Of a stretch of 64,000 nt of DNA, positions 37,702 through 47,211 are shown in pieces. The notes beneath the pieces are model-generated. The model saw only the letters and a list, made by a program, of their open reading frames with translations, searched no databases and had not been told where the DNA came from. The DNA is from Candidatus Poriferisodalaceae bacterium (GTDB lineage: Bacteria > Actinomycetota > Acidimicrobiia > Acidimicrobiales > Poriferisodalaceae), in NCBI GenBank assembly GCA_965212125.1, contig OZ243045.1:1909521-1973520 (forward strand), in the 5' to 3' direction. The position numbers and the translations under genes were made by a program. Each line of letters opens with the position of its first letter. Within the stretch, counting starts at the first letter, position 1.

Positions 37702-38856
37702 TTAAGGCTTGTCCGGCTGGCTCGGCCTGCTCGACCAACGCAAATAGCCGCCGTCAGGCATAACGTCCGCCGCCAGCGGCTGCGCATACAGCGCGCCCGT
37801 CCCTATGCCGTGGACCAGGTTCGGTGCAACCGCCAGCGCCACGTCACGCGCAATCCGCAGTCCGTCGGTGCCGCACATAAACGACGAAACCACTGCGCTG
37901 ACCCCCCTGACCGACGCCCGGCAAGCCAGGTCAAACGCCGCTTGCGGACCGCCCACGGTGGCTGGCTTCAGCACCGCTACTTCAATTGCGCCAGCTTCGA
38001 TCAACTGATCTAAAGCCTCCGCCGCTCCCGGTCCGCTCAGGTGTTCGTCTGCGGCGATGCGTGCTCCGGTGCGGCGAGCTAGTTGCGCCCAGTCGGCTGG
38101 CCGGCCGGTTGGCGTCTCAACGAAATCGATGTCAAGCCCTGCGACCGCCCGCAGCACTTTGCTTGCGGTGGACAGATCCCAACCGCCGTTGGCGTCGAGC
38201 CGCAGCGCAACCGCGGCTGGCAGGACGTGCCGAACCGTGGCGATGCGGATGATTTCGCTGCGGACGCTGCTGGGTTGCGAGCCGACCCCGGTGGGCGACG
38301 AGCCTGCCTTGCCCGGCGGCGCGCCGACCTTTAGTTTCACCGCTAGATGCCCGGCCGCCGCCGCTTCGGCGCTTTGCTGGCCTGCGGCCTCGGGGTCGCT
38401 TGCGCTGACTAGAGCCTGGACGGCAAGGCGCTGAGGTTCGTCGGCTGAGCTGGCACCGGGGCCGATTGGGCTGGCGCCAGAGCTAGCCGGGCTGACGCTG
38501 GGGTCGGAGCTAGCCGATGCCTGATCGCCAGCGACGGAACCGGCCAGCAGTTCTGTCAGGGTGATCGACTCCATCGCAGCGTCAAGGTTTGCCAAGGCAC
38601 CGGCTGCGGCAGCCCGAGCGACAGGCGTCTGCGGCAAATCTTGCTGGTTGCCCGGCTTGGCCCAGCGTTGCAGCTGCGTCAGTGCTTCCTCATAGGTTTC
38701 AAGCCCGAACCCCGGCAGCGGGGCGGCCTCGCTATGCCCGGCGTTGTCGTTTTCGGTGGCCGAGACCTTGATGATGCGCCGCGCCGACATCGTTCCGTGG
38801 GCGGTAGTCAGCGGAGCTTTTAGAGGCAGCTCAACCTCAGACAGGGTGATCTTCAC
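37702..38856 (-). CDS. menC: o-succinylbenzoate synthase (enolase superfamily)
   Basis: LRLDANGGWD and FVETP blocks, and location in the men cluster. It carries a low-complexity Ser/Ala/Pro insertion. Confidence 0.75.
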   Translation of the reverse strand: MKITLSEVELPLKAPLTTAHGTMSARRIIKVSATENDNAGHSEAAPLPGFGLETYEEALTQLQRWAKPGNQQDLPQTPVARAAAAGALANLDAAMESITLTELLAGSVAGDQASASSDPSVSPASSGASPIGPGASSADEPQRLAVQALVSASDPEAAGQQSAEAAAAGHLAVKLKVGAPPGKAGSSPTGVGSQPSSVRSEIIRIATVRHVLPAAVALRLDANGGWDLSTASKVLRAVAGLDIDFVETPTGRPADWAQLARRTGARIAADEHLSGPGAAEALDQLIEAGAIEVAVLKPATVGGPQAAFDLACRASVRGVSAVVSSFMCGTDGLRIARDVALAVAPNLVHGIGTGALYAQPLAADVMPDGGYLRWSSRPSQPDKP

Positions 38857-38886
38857 GGGACTAATAAGACGGCGAGCGGGTTGGCA

Positions 38887-39828
38887 CTAGCGAGATGGGG
38901 CTAGCGGGGCAGGGCTGGCGATCGCCAGAGCCAGATGGCTGAGTATCAGATCTGCCACCGCGTCGGGCTGTTCGAGGTGAGCGGCGTGGCCAGCCTGCGG
39001 CACGGCAATCGTTCGGCAGTTGGGCATTTGCTTGGACATGGTTTCGGTGATGCTGGCGAACTTGGTGTCTTCCTCGCCAGCCAGCGCCAGCGTTGGCATA
39101 GCAATGTCGGACAGCTTGTCCCACAGCGGCGTCATCGCGCCGGCCCCGGCTCCCCGCAAGCTGTGCGCCAGCCCGAGCGGATGGCTGCTCGCCCGCTGCG
39201 CAAGCGACGCTTGCCACGCATCTGGCCCGATGCGTTGGCGGAGGCTGTCCCATATAGGTAGTGCGGTCCATTCCTGCACGAACTTGTTGATGCCGTGTCG
39301 GGCGATGCGTTTCGCCAGGGCGTAATCGTCGCGGCGGCGCTGCAGGCGTTCGTTTGGGTCGGCGATTCCGGGGCTGGCGCCGATGAGAGTTAGCGAGGCG
39401 CAGCTTTGCGGCCGCTCGCTTGCGAACGTGAGTGCCGCCCGACCACCTAGTGAGTAGCCGACGATGTGGGCTTTGGGTGTCGCTGCGTCGGCTTGTGCTG
39501 TGCCGACTTGTGCCGTGCCCGCCAGCTCGGCGTCGGCCAACACCATGTCCAGCGATTTGCAAAATGAACCGAGCGAGTAGCGGGCAATGTCGGGTGGGGA
39601 TTTGGTGGCGCCGTGGCCGATCAGATCAACTGCGACGCAGCGGTGAGCACTAGCCAGGCGTTGCGTTAGCGGCTGCAGCGATTGGGCGTTGCCGGTGAAG
39701 CCGTGCAACAACAGGACTACCGAATCCGCGCCAGCGCCGGTACCGCTGACGGTTGCAGCGGGCTTGATCGCTGGCAGTTTGGTGGCGCGTGCAATCCATC
39801 CGCCCGTGTTCATGGGTTTGGTGATCAT
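38887..39828 (-). CDS. menH: 2-succinyl-6-hydroxy-2,4-cyclohexadiene-1-carboxylate synthase (alpha/beta hydrolase)
   Basis: LLLHGFTG and the GYSLGGR nucleophile elbow. Overlaps the menD stop by 4 nt. Confidence 0.75.
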   Translation of the reverse strand: MITKPMNTGGWIARATKLPAIKPAATVSGTGAGADSVVLLLHGFTGNAQSLQPLTQRLASAHRCVAVDLIGHGATKSPPDIARYSLGSFCKSLDMVLADAELAGTAQVGTAQADAATPKAHIVGYSLGGRAALTFASERPQSCASLTLIGASPGIADPNERLQRRRDDYALAKRIARHGINKFVQEWTALPIWDSLRQRIGPDAWQASLAQRASSHPLGLAHSLRGAGAGAMTPLWDKLSDIAMPTLALAGEEDTKFASITETMSKQMPNCRTIAVPQAGHAAHLEQPDAVADLILSHLALAIASPAPLAPSR

Positions 39829-41750
39829 GGGGCGGCGCTTTCGTCCAGGCTTTTATTCACTTCGGCTGCGATGCGTTTGCGCTGCTGGCTATCTGCTTCG
39901 GCATCAACCGACACTGTTATTAGACGAACACCTTCGGTCGGATTTGCCAGCAGATCGGCGAGTTCGGTGAGATCAGCGGAGACGCTGCCGTTTCTGCTTT
40001 CAGCTCCAGCGCTAGCGCTAGCGCCGAATTGATAGTGCGTAAACCCGAATGCATCCGCCAGCGCCGCCGCGATGCTGGCAGAGTTTGGCGTGGTTGGCGT
40101 TGCGAACAGCCGCTGAAACTGGTCAGCGCTAATGGCGGCAGCGATCGGCAAGCCGCTAAAAATCATGCCGCCGCCGTTGTCAATCACGAGCACCGTCAGC
40201 GAACCCGAAGCCTGCGCCGGGTTTTCGCACAATGCCGCTAGTCCGCCGAGGTCGTGCCGCAAGGCGAGGTCGCCAACTAAGACAGTGGTGGGCTGGCTGG
40301 CGGCTGCGAAACCCGCAGCGGTTGAGATCACTCCGTCGATGCCGCTGGCGCCGCGGTTGGCGTGAACGGCGAGTGGTTGATTGCGTGCCTGTAGGTGGGT
40401 GTTGACCGAGCGCACCGGCAGGGAGTTTGAGGCGACCAACGTGTGGTCGGCGGGCAGGCAACGACCCAGTGAGCGAACCACCACGGCTTCGGTCAGCGCC
40501 TGGCTAGTGGTGTCGCCAACAATGCGGTCGATCACTTCGCCGGCAGTGGCGTCGGCTTGTAACCAGCGACCTAGCCAAGCCTCCGCCCGGTCGGCCGAAT
40601 GGCTGGCTAGCTGGAGCTGATCAGCGACACCATCAAGCAGCGCCGCCGGGCTGTCGGCGAGAGTTGTTGTGGCGGTAAAGCTTGCGTCCGTCCAACTGCT
40701 GGCCGGATTAATCAGCAAGTGCTCCGGTTGATGCTTTTCAAGCCAGAGTCGCAGCGGTTTGGAAACAGGCGAATCGCCAATGCGCACGACGGCGGTGGGG
40801 GGCTGCGCACTTGCCCAGTCCGTTGCGAGCAGCAGGTCAAAATGATTGATCACGCCAAGTTGCGGGTGGCTTTTTTGTAGCCGCCGCAGCTGCGAGGTCG
40901 GCTCCGCCAGCAGCGGCCAACCTGTCGCACCGCAGAATCGTGCGACGGCTTCGCCTAGCTGGGCGGATGCTCCGTTGGCGATATGCATGGGCCCAGCAAC
41001 GACGACGCCTTGCGCGTGCTCGCTCGCCAAGCTGAGCAGCGCCGCGATGTTTTGGTCGGCGGGGGTTGAGGGATTGAAGCCCACCTGATTGGGGTTGCCG
41101 TCGCTGCGATCCGCTGTTGCGGTGCTAGGTAGATCAGTTAGCCAGTCGGCGGGCGGTTCTAACGGCTCACGAAACGGCCAGTTGATGTGCACCGGCCCTG
41201 GGTTCGCCCCGATACTGAGCGAAGTTGCGCGCCTTGCCAGGCTGCCCCACCAGCGTTGCGCAGTGCCACCACCCAGATCCATGTCTGCGCTCGCAACTGG
41301 CGCCTCAAAAAACCAGCGGACATGACCGCCGTAAAGATCTCGCTGCTCAATGGTTTGCCCGGCACCCCAGTCGCGCAGCTCTGGTGGCCGGTCGGCGGTA
41401 AGCACCAGCAGCGGCACTCCCGAAAAATGCGCCTCAACGACGGCTGGCAAATAGTTAGCCGCCGCAGTGCCCGACGTGCAGATCAAAATCGTTGGCGTGC
41501 CGGTGGCTTTGGCCAGGCCAAGAGCGAAGAACGCCGCGCTGCGCTCGTCTATGCGAATCCAACTGCGCAGCCCAGCGGTGGTGTCGGCACTCAGCGTTAG
41601 CGGAGTTGAGCGGGAGCCAGGTGAGATCACCGCATGCCGAACGCCTTGCCGCACGGCTTCATCAAAGAAGTGGCGGCACGCGCCATAGGTCGCAAGCGCG
41701 TGTTGGCTGAGTGAATCTTGTTGCATGTCTCGCCGCTTGCCGCTTGCCAT
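39825..41750 (-). CDS. menD: 2-succinyl-5-enolpyruvyl-6-hydroxy-3-cyclohexene-1-carboxylate synthase
   Basis: 641-aa ThDP enzyme. VISPGSRSTPL, CTSGTAAANYLPAV and NNGGGMIF blocks. Confidence 0.9.
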   Translation of the reverse strand: MASGKRRDMQQDSLSQHALATYGACRHFFDEAVRQGVRHAVISPGSRSTPLTLSADTTAGLRSWIRIDERSAAFFALGLAKATGTPTILICTSGTAAANYLPAVVEAHFSGVPLLVLTADRPPELRDWGAGQTIEQRDLYGGHVRWFFEAPVASADMDLGGGTAQRWWGSLARRATSLSIGANPGPVHINWPFREPLEPPADWLTDLPSTATADRSDGNPNQVGFNPSTPADQNIAALLSLASEHAQGVVVAGPMHIANGASAQLGEAVARFCGATGWPLLAEPTSQLRRLQKSHPQLGVINHFDLLLATDWASAQPPTAVVRIGDSPVSKPLRLWLEKHQPEHLLINPASSWTDASFTATTTLADSPAALLDGVADQLQLASHSADRAEAWLGRWLQADATAGEVIDRIVGDTTSQALTEAVVVRSLGRCLPADHTLVASNSLPVRSVNTHLQARNQPLAVHANRGASGIDGVISTAAGFAAASQPTTVLVGDLALRHDLGGLAALCENPAQASGSLTVLVIDNGGGMIFSGLPIAAAISADQFQRLFATPTTPNSASIAAALADAFGFTHYQFGASASAGAESRNGSVSADLTELADLLANPTEGVRLITVSVDAEADSQQRKRIAAEVNKSLDESAAP

Positions 41751-41762
41751 TCCCGCTTGCCG

Positions 41763-44066
41763 CTAGCTGCCGGACAGCTCGGGTTGGGCTACCGATAGCA
41801 GCGCCTCAAACTTGGTGTTGGTTTCTGCCAGCTCAGCGGTCGGTTCGGTGCCAGCGACGATCCCGCCGCCCGCAAACAAGGTCATGGTCGCATCGCTCAG
41901 CAAGGCGCATCGCAGCGCAACCCGGAAATCGCCACTGCCCGCCAGCGTGGTCCAGCCGATTGGTCCGGCGTACCAGCCGCGGTCAAACGTTTCGTGGCGA
42001 GCGATCCAGTCAAGCGCGGCGGCGGTGGGGGTGCCCGCAACGGCGGCGGTGGGATGCAGGGCTGCCACCAGGTCAAGGACGCGTGTGTTGGTTTGGGCGC
42101 CGCCGTCGATGGGTGTGTGAAGGTGCTGGATGGCGGGCAGCGTTCGCACGGTCGGCTCGGTCGGCGGAGCCAGCTTCACCCCCGCCTGGGTCAGAGCCTC
42201 ACGGATGCCCAGAGCGACAGCACGATGCTCGGCGCGCTCCTTGTCGCTGGTTACCAGCTCATCGGTTAGCGCTGCGTCTTGGGTCGGCTCCGTGCTGCGG
42301 GGGCGTGATCCCGCCAGCGCCTCGGTGTTGACGTTGGTGCCTTCCAGGCGGATGAGCAGCTCGGGGCTTGCGCCGAGGAAGGTTTGCGCGGCGGCGGTTT
42401 GGTTGGTGCCGGGCTGGTTGGTGCCGGGCTGGTTGGTGCCGGGCTGGTTGGCGAGGTGCTGGCTGACGCGGGTGAATGCGAAAATGGCGCACGAGCCGTA
42501 GCGATGGCGGAGGCGATTGAGCAAAACCGGCGGGCTGACCGAACACGGCTGCTGCGTCAGGCGGGCGGTGACGACCTTGGTGAAGAGCCCGTTGTTGATG
42601 CCGGCCATTGCTTGATCGACCAGGCTTAGGTAGTCAGCGTCGGTGCTGCCGTCGGTGTTGCCGGCGGGTGCGCTGGAATTGCTGGTACTGCCCGACTCGC
42701 CGTTTAGGCGCTCTTGTTTGTCGCGGTCGGCTAGTTCGGCGAGGTAGTCGTCCAGATCTGCACCGTCAGCGCGGGACTGAATCTCCAGTGCCTCCGCAAC
42801 TAGCTGCTGCGAACGCTCTAGCGCCGCCAGCTCAGCCGTTACATATGTCTCGCCGCCCGTTCGCACGACAAGTATCTCAGGCAGCGTTAGATCGCCAGCG
42901 CCGAATGCCGCCCAATCGGGTTTTGCGTTGGTGCCGTCGGGGTCGGTGCTGTGCGACGGCGGACTAGCTGGCGCCGGGCTAGCTGGCGCGGCGAATCTAA
43001 ACCCGCCCAACAGCAAGGGTCCTGTGGTTGGCGGTCCCGCCTCGCCCTCTATCACTACGTCAAGATTTTGCAGTGCGACGTCAATATCAGCGAAGCGAAC
43101 TTTGTGCTGAGTCGCCGTGAGGGTTGCGGCCGATCCGATGGCGGCGATTTCCAGGTCGTCGTTTGGTGTCGCCCAATATGCGCAGGAATCGCCGTGGGGG
43201 CTAGTGGGCGAGCCGGCGGTGGCGATTGCATAAATCAGCAAAGGGTCAAGGTCGCCCACCTTGGATCGCCGCAAGCGAATCGGCTGCTGGGTTTTGTGCA
43301 GCCTCTCGGTCGCCTTGGCGATCAGCGTTCGCTGAAAGTGCTGCGCCACCAGGTTGGTGATGAGCGGAACCAGCCGGCTGACGAGCTCGCCAAGATCTTC
43401 GTCCAAAGCACTGCCGGGGTCACCGTCTGGGGCATCGCCCTGGTCATCGGGCAGCAGGTGCTTGTCAAACAAGCTCACGGCCGACTCCGCCACCCGCTCA
43501 ATGTTGGATGCGTGAAACGCAGCCAGATCTAACAAGTCCTCCAGCGGGATGCCGGCTTCCAAAAGTTGCAGACCGACCTTGAGCATCTCGGCCGCGCTGG
43601 GGCTGAATCTGGGGCTAGCGGTTTCGCCGTCGGTCTCGCCCGCACTGCCAGCACCGTCTGCACCGCCGCCGCTGGCATCGCCGCCCACCACGCCGCTAAT
43701 CGGCGTTATCAGGCCAGCGGCAACTGCGATTTCACACACGCTTTGCTCCAGACCAGAAGCCTGCGCCAGCTCAGCCAAGGTCAGGCTGGTCTGATTATTC
43801 AGCGCCGCCAGCAACGGCTCCGAATCTGAATCGGAATAGGTCTCGCTCTCGCTCAGCTGCCCGATCTGCGCCAGTGTGAAGCCCTTCGCCGACAGGCTGC
43901 GAATCTCACCCAGCCTGGCGATGTGACTCTGGTCATATTCGGCAACCCGACCATTGCGCTGGGGCGAATGCAGCAGCCCGATTTTCTGGTAGTAGCGGAT
44001 GGTGTCAACGCTTACGCCACTCTCGGCAGCCAGCTGCTCAACCTGCATGCTTTCCGGCACACCCAC
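41763..44066 (-). CDS. menF: MerR-like HTH regulator domain fused in frame to isochorismate synthase
   Basis: The N-terminus MQVEQLAAESGVSVDTIRYYQKIGLL is a MerR HTH. The C-terminal half has chorismate-binding blocks: DRGWYAGPIGW and GGGIVAGTEPTAELAETNTKF. Confidence 0.8.
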   Translation of the reverse strand: MGVPESMQVEQLAAESGVSVDTIRYYQKIGLLHSPQRNGRVAEYDQSHIARLGEIRSLSAKGFTLAQIGQLSESETYSDSDSEPLLAALNNQTSLTLAELAQASGLEQSVCEIAVAAGLITPISGVVGGDASGGGADGAGSAGETDGETASPRFSPSAAEMLKVGLQLLEAGIPLEDLLDLAAFHASNIERVAESAVSLFDKHLLPDDQGDAPDGDPGSALDEDLGELVSRLVPLITNLVAQHFQRTLIAKATERLHKTQQPIRLRRSKVGDLDPLLIYAIATAGSPTSPHGDSCAYWATPNDDLEIAAIGSAATLTATQHKVRFADIDVALQNLDVVIEGEAGPPTTGPLLLGGFRFAAPASPAPASPPSHSTDPDGTNAKPDWAAFGAGDLTLPEILVVRTGGETYVTAELAALERSQQLVAEALEIQSRADGADLDDYLAELADRDKQERLNGESGSTSNSSAPAGNTDGSTDADYLSLVDQAMAGINNGLFTKVVTARLTQQPCSVSPPVLLNRLRHRYGSCAIFAFTRVSQHLANQPGTNQPGTNQPGTNQTAAAQTFLGASPELLIRLEGTNVNTEALAGSRPRSTEPTQDAALTDELVTSDKERAEHRAVALGIREALTQAGVKLAPPTEPTVRTLPAIQHLHTPIDGGAQTNTRVLDLVAALHPTAAVAGTPTAAALDWIARHETFDRGWYAGPIGWTTLAGSGDFRVALRCALLSDATMTLFAGGGIVAGTEPTAELAETNTKFEALLSVAQPELSGS
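42401..42445. repeat. 15-nt x3 perfect in-frame tandem repeat in menF
   Basis: ggttggtgccgggct x3, encoding QPGTNQPGTNQPGTN on the minus strand. Confidence 0.95.
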
Positions 44067-44128
44067 AGGCTACACCGTAAGAGTAATCACTCCAAGAGTG
44101 TTTAGTCTTACCCTGCCCAACGTTGGCG

Positions 44129-45676
44129 CTAGTTGATCTGCTTGTCCATGCCTTCCCAATAAGGCGAACGCAGCTTGAATTTTTGCAGCTTGCCGGTGGC
44201 GGTGCGGGCTAGCTCTTCTCTTATCTCAACGCTGGTCGGGCACTTGTAATGCGTCATCCGCTCACGGCAGTAATCAATGAGCTCCTGCTCAAAGGCCGCC
44301 GCCTCAGCGGTCTCACCCTCGGCCAGCACCACCAGCGCCTTCACGGTCTCGCCCCACTTTTCATGCGGCACGCCGATCACCGCCACCTCCGCAATCGCCG
44401 GATGGCTGAAGATGGTGTCTTCAACCTCAATGGACGAAACGTTCTCGCCGCCCGAAATAATCACGTCTTTCTTGCGGTCAGAAATAGTCAGATGATGCTC
44501 TTCGTCTAGAAAACCGCCGTCGCCGGTGTGGAACCAGCCGTCAACGATTGCCGCCGCAGTTTCTTTGGGCTGCTCCCAGTAGCCCTCTAACACAACGTTG
44601 GAGCGCGCCAGCACCTCGCCCTGGTCGTCTACGTCAAGTTTGACTCCGATAGCCGGTGCACCCGCCCGAGACAGTCGGCGCGCCTTGTCTTGCGTGTCCA
44701 ACTCATCCCACTCCGGGCGGCAGCGATTCATCGTCAGCAGCGGCGCTGTTTCAGTCAGCCCGTAGATCTGAATGAACTCCCAGCCGAGCTCCGATTGCAT
44801 CTGTTCAATGGTGCGAGTCGGTGGCGGCGCACCGGCGACAACCATCCGCAGCGTGCCAGCCCCGGGGATTGCACCTTTCCAGTCGGCCGCCGCGTCAAGC
44901 ACTGCGGCAACCACCGCTGGCGCACCGCACATCAGCGTCACGCCGTGCTCTTCAATGCGGCTCAAGATCTGCTCGCCTCGCACCTCTCGCTGCACGATGT
45001 GCTTGCCGCCCATGCCCGTAACTGCGTATGGCATCCCCCAGCCGTTGCAGTGGAACATCGGCAGGGTGTGCAGGTAGGTGTCCCGATCGCTGACGCCGGT
45101 GTGCCAGCCGAACGTGGTCGCATTCACCCACAGAGCACGATGGGTTTGCTGCACGCCTTTAGGGCGGGCGGTGGTGCCGGAGGTGTAGTTAATGGTGGCG
45201 GTCAGGTCTTCGTTCGGCTCCCAGGCAATCGGCTCGGCGTTGGGCAGATACATCTGATCGTCCGCATCGGTGCCCATCACCACGTAGCGCTCAACCTCAA
45301 GGTCTTTGAGGGTCTCTTCCAGCGACGGATCGATCAGCAGCATTGATGCGCCGCTGTGGGCGATGATGTAGGCGATTTCGTCGCGGGCGAGGCGGAAGTT
45401 GATCGGCACGAACACGCGGCCATATCCCGACACGGCGTAAAACGAGGTCATCAGGCGTCCCGCATTTTGCGACACCATCGCCACTCGCTCGCCCAGACCG
45501 ATGCCCAGTTCGTCCAGCTTGGCGGCCTGCGCACGCACAAGAGTGCCGAACTGGCTCCAGGTGACTTCGCCCAGACCGCCGCCCGGCGCGTCGGGTTCAT
45601 CAACCAGCGCCACTCGGTCGGGATAAACGTTTTCGGCTCGATACAAAAAATCTGAGACGGTGAACGGAACTTTCAT
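44129..45676 (-). CDS. acyl-CoA synthetase (AMP-forming fatty-acid--CoA ligase)
   Basis: YTSGTTARPKGV, YGLTET and GWFHTGD motifs. Confidence 0.85.
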   Translation of the reverse strand: MKVPFTVSDFLYRAENVYPDRVALVDEPDAPGGGLGEVTWSQFGTLVRAQAAKLDELGIGLGERVAMVSQNAGRLMTSFYAVSGYGRVFVPINFRLARDEIAYIIAHSGASMLLIDPSLEETLKDLEVERYVVMGTDADDQMYLPNAEPIAWEPNEDLTATINYTSGTTARPKGVQQTHRALWVNATTFGWHTGVSDRDTYLHTLPMFHCNGWGMPYAVTGMGGKHIVQREVRGEQILSRIEEHGVTLMCGAPAVVAAVLDAAADWKGAIPGAGTLRMVVAGAPPPTRTIEQMQSELGWEFIQIYGLTETAPLLTMNRCRPEWDELDTQDKARRLSRAGAPAIGVKLDVDDQGEVLARSNVVLEGYWEQPKETAAAIVDGWFHTGDGGFLDEEHHLTISDRKKDVIISGGENVSSIEVEDTIFSHPAIAEVAVIGVPHEKWGETVKALVVLAEGETAEAAAFEQELIDYCRERMTHYKCPTSVEIREELARTATGKLQKFKLRSPYWEGMDKQIN

Positions 45677-45766
45677 TTGCCTGTCGCTCCTGGCTGCTGC
45701 TTTGCGCTACCTGTTTGCGCTAACGGTCTAATGCTATTGCGTGCGTTCAAAGTAGTTTGCGGTGCC

Positions 45767-46711
45767 ATGGATGTGCATTTAGTGGACGGCACCTATGAGC
45801 TGTTCAGGCATTTTTTTGCGCTGCCGTCGAGGCAGACCGCTGACGGCAAAGAGGTTGGCGCCATTCGGGGCGTGCTAACCAACCTGGTGTTGTTGCTGGA
45901 GAGCGGCGCAACGCATGTGGCGGTGGCGACCGATCACGTGGTTGAGTCGTTTCGCAATGAGATGTGGGCTGGCTACAAAGATGGCTCGGAAATGGAGCCA
46001 GCGATTGCGGAGCAGTTTGGTCCGCTGGAAGAGGCTCTTGTCGCTATGGGGATTTGTGTTTGGCCGATGGTGGAGTTTGAGGCGGACGACGGACTGGCTG
46101 CCGGCGCGGCGATGGCGGCGGCCGACAAGCGGGTGAGTCGGGTGCTCATCTGCACGCCCGACAAAGACCTGGCGCAGTGCGTGGATGGTGTTGGCGCGGC
46201 GGCTGATGATGCTGGTGCGCAGGCCGGTGGTGCTGGCGCGCCAACCGGGGCGGCGGCGGGGAAAATATTTCAGTGGGATCGCCGCAAGGACGTGCTGTTT
46301 GACGTGGCTGCGGTTAAAGAAAAGTTCGGCGTGCTGCCGCAATCAATCCCGGACTATCTGGCGTTGGTTGGTGATCAGGCGGACGGGTTTCCTGGCCTGT
46401 CTCGCTGGGGACCCAAGTCAGCAGCGGCCGTGCTGAGCCACTACGTAAAGCTGGATGCCGTGCCCGACGATGCCGTCGACTGGGAAATGGAGGTGCGCGG
46501 CCGCGACAACCTGGCGGCGACCTTGGCTGAGAATCGCGAGCTGGCTTTGCTGTTTCGCCAGATCGCTACGGTGCGAATTGACGCGCCGGTGAGCAAGTCG
46601 GTTGATGAGCTGCGTTGGCAGGGGCCGGAGCCAGACTTCGTTGGCGTCTGTGAGCGGATACGAGCGAACTCTTTGATAGAGCGAGTTGAGGCGCTGGCGC
46701 AAGAGCGCTAG
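45767..46711 (+). CDS. 5'-3' exonuclease (FEN/Pol I N-terminal domain-like)
   Basis: HLVDGTYELFRHFF, EADD, PDKDLAQC and GDQADGFPG blocks. I trimmed the start to ATG 45767. Confidence 0.8.
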   Translation: MDVHLVDGTYELFRHFFALPSRQTADGKEVGAIRGVLTNLVLLLESGATHVAVATDHVVESFRNEMWAGYKDGSEMEPAIAEQFGPLEEALVAMGICVWPMVEFEADDGLAAGAAMAAADKRVSRVLICTPDKDLAQCVDGVGAAADDAGAQAGGAGAPTGAAAGKIFQWDRRKDVLFDVAAVKEKFGVLPQSIPDYLALVGDQADGFPGLSRWGPKSAAAVLSHYVKLDAVPDDAVDWEMEVRGRDNLAATLAENRELALLFRQIATVRIDAPVSKSVDELRWQGPEPDFVGVCERIRANSLIERVEALAQER

Positions 46712-46747
46712 ATGCGGGCCAATTGGCTCAGCGCTAGCAAGACTGCG

Positions 46748-47107
46748 CTAGCGCGGCTGGTTCAGCTCGATCATGTTGCCCGCCGGATCAAAAAAGAAAG
46801 TCTGACGCGCCGCGGTGCCTGCGATAACGGTCGGGTCACGCACCTCCACGCCCTGCGAACGCAGTTCGGCCACTACGGCATCAATGTCGCTAACCGCGAA
46901 CGCCCAGTGCTGCCCGGCTGGCGGTTCCCAGCCAGGCACTTCGATCAGATGCACCTCCGCACCTGCATCGTTGCGCAGCCAGCGGCCGTTGAATTTGAAA
47001 TCAGGCCGCTCCAAAACTTCCATCTTCAAGATGTCCGTGTAAAAGGGCGCCACCGCCTCAACATCGGCGACGTTGATCGAAACGTGGTGAACGGTGCCTA
47101 GCTCCAT
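46748..47107 (-). CDS. VOC (glyoxalase/bleomycin-resistance) family protein
   Basis: 119 aa with HHVSINV...HWAFAV...FFFDPAGNMIEL. Confidence 0.75.
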   Translation of the reverse strand: MELGTVHHVSINVADVEAVAPFYTDILKMEVLERPDFKFNGRWLRNDAGAEVHLIEVPGWEPPAGQHWAFAVSDIDAVVAELRSQGVEVRDPTVIAGTAARQTFFFDPAGNMIELNQPR

Positions 47108-47114
47108 GCGCCCA

Positions 47115-47144
47115 GGCTAGCTAGCACCGCTTCGGCTAGCTAGC
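47115..47144. promoter_or_regulatory. two copies of GGCTAGCTAGC(A/G)CCGC (core palindrome GCTAGCTAGC) with 19-nt period in a divergent intergenic region
   Basis: Copies at 47115-47125 and 47134-47144, read directly. They lie between the VOC gene start (47107) and the pccB start (47212). Candidate operator only. Confidence 0.3.
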
Positions 47145-47211
47145 GCCGCCGCAGCTAACTGCTAACTGGCAACTGGCAGTACGAACCCAGCGCCCGCAGT
47201 ACGCTGCGAAC

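Noticed and set aside
38861-39562. Long Arg/Pro/Ala-rich ORFs overlapping real genes in other frames or strands (also 41711-42331, 22488-23120, 8820-9470, 15780-16469, 44690-45346, 48052-48750 and 34566-35204)
   Set aside because: These are typical shadow ORFs of high-GC DNA. Their composition is biased, they lack motifs, and each is fully covered by a well-supported gene.
42401-42445. Whether the short tandem repeats (here and at 57442-57486, 62386-62433 and elsewhere) form a CRISPR array
   Set aside because: The units are 12-18 nt and directly abutting, with no spacers. They lie in frame inside conserved genes, and no cas genes are present.
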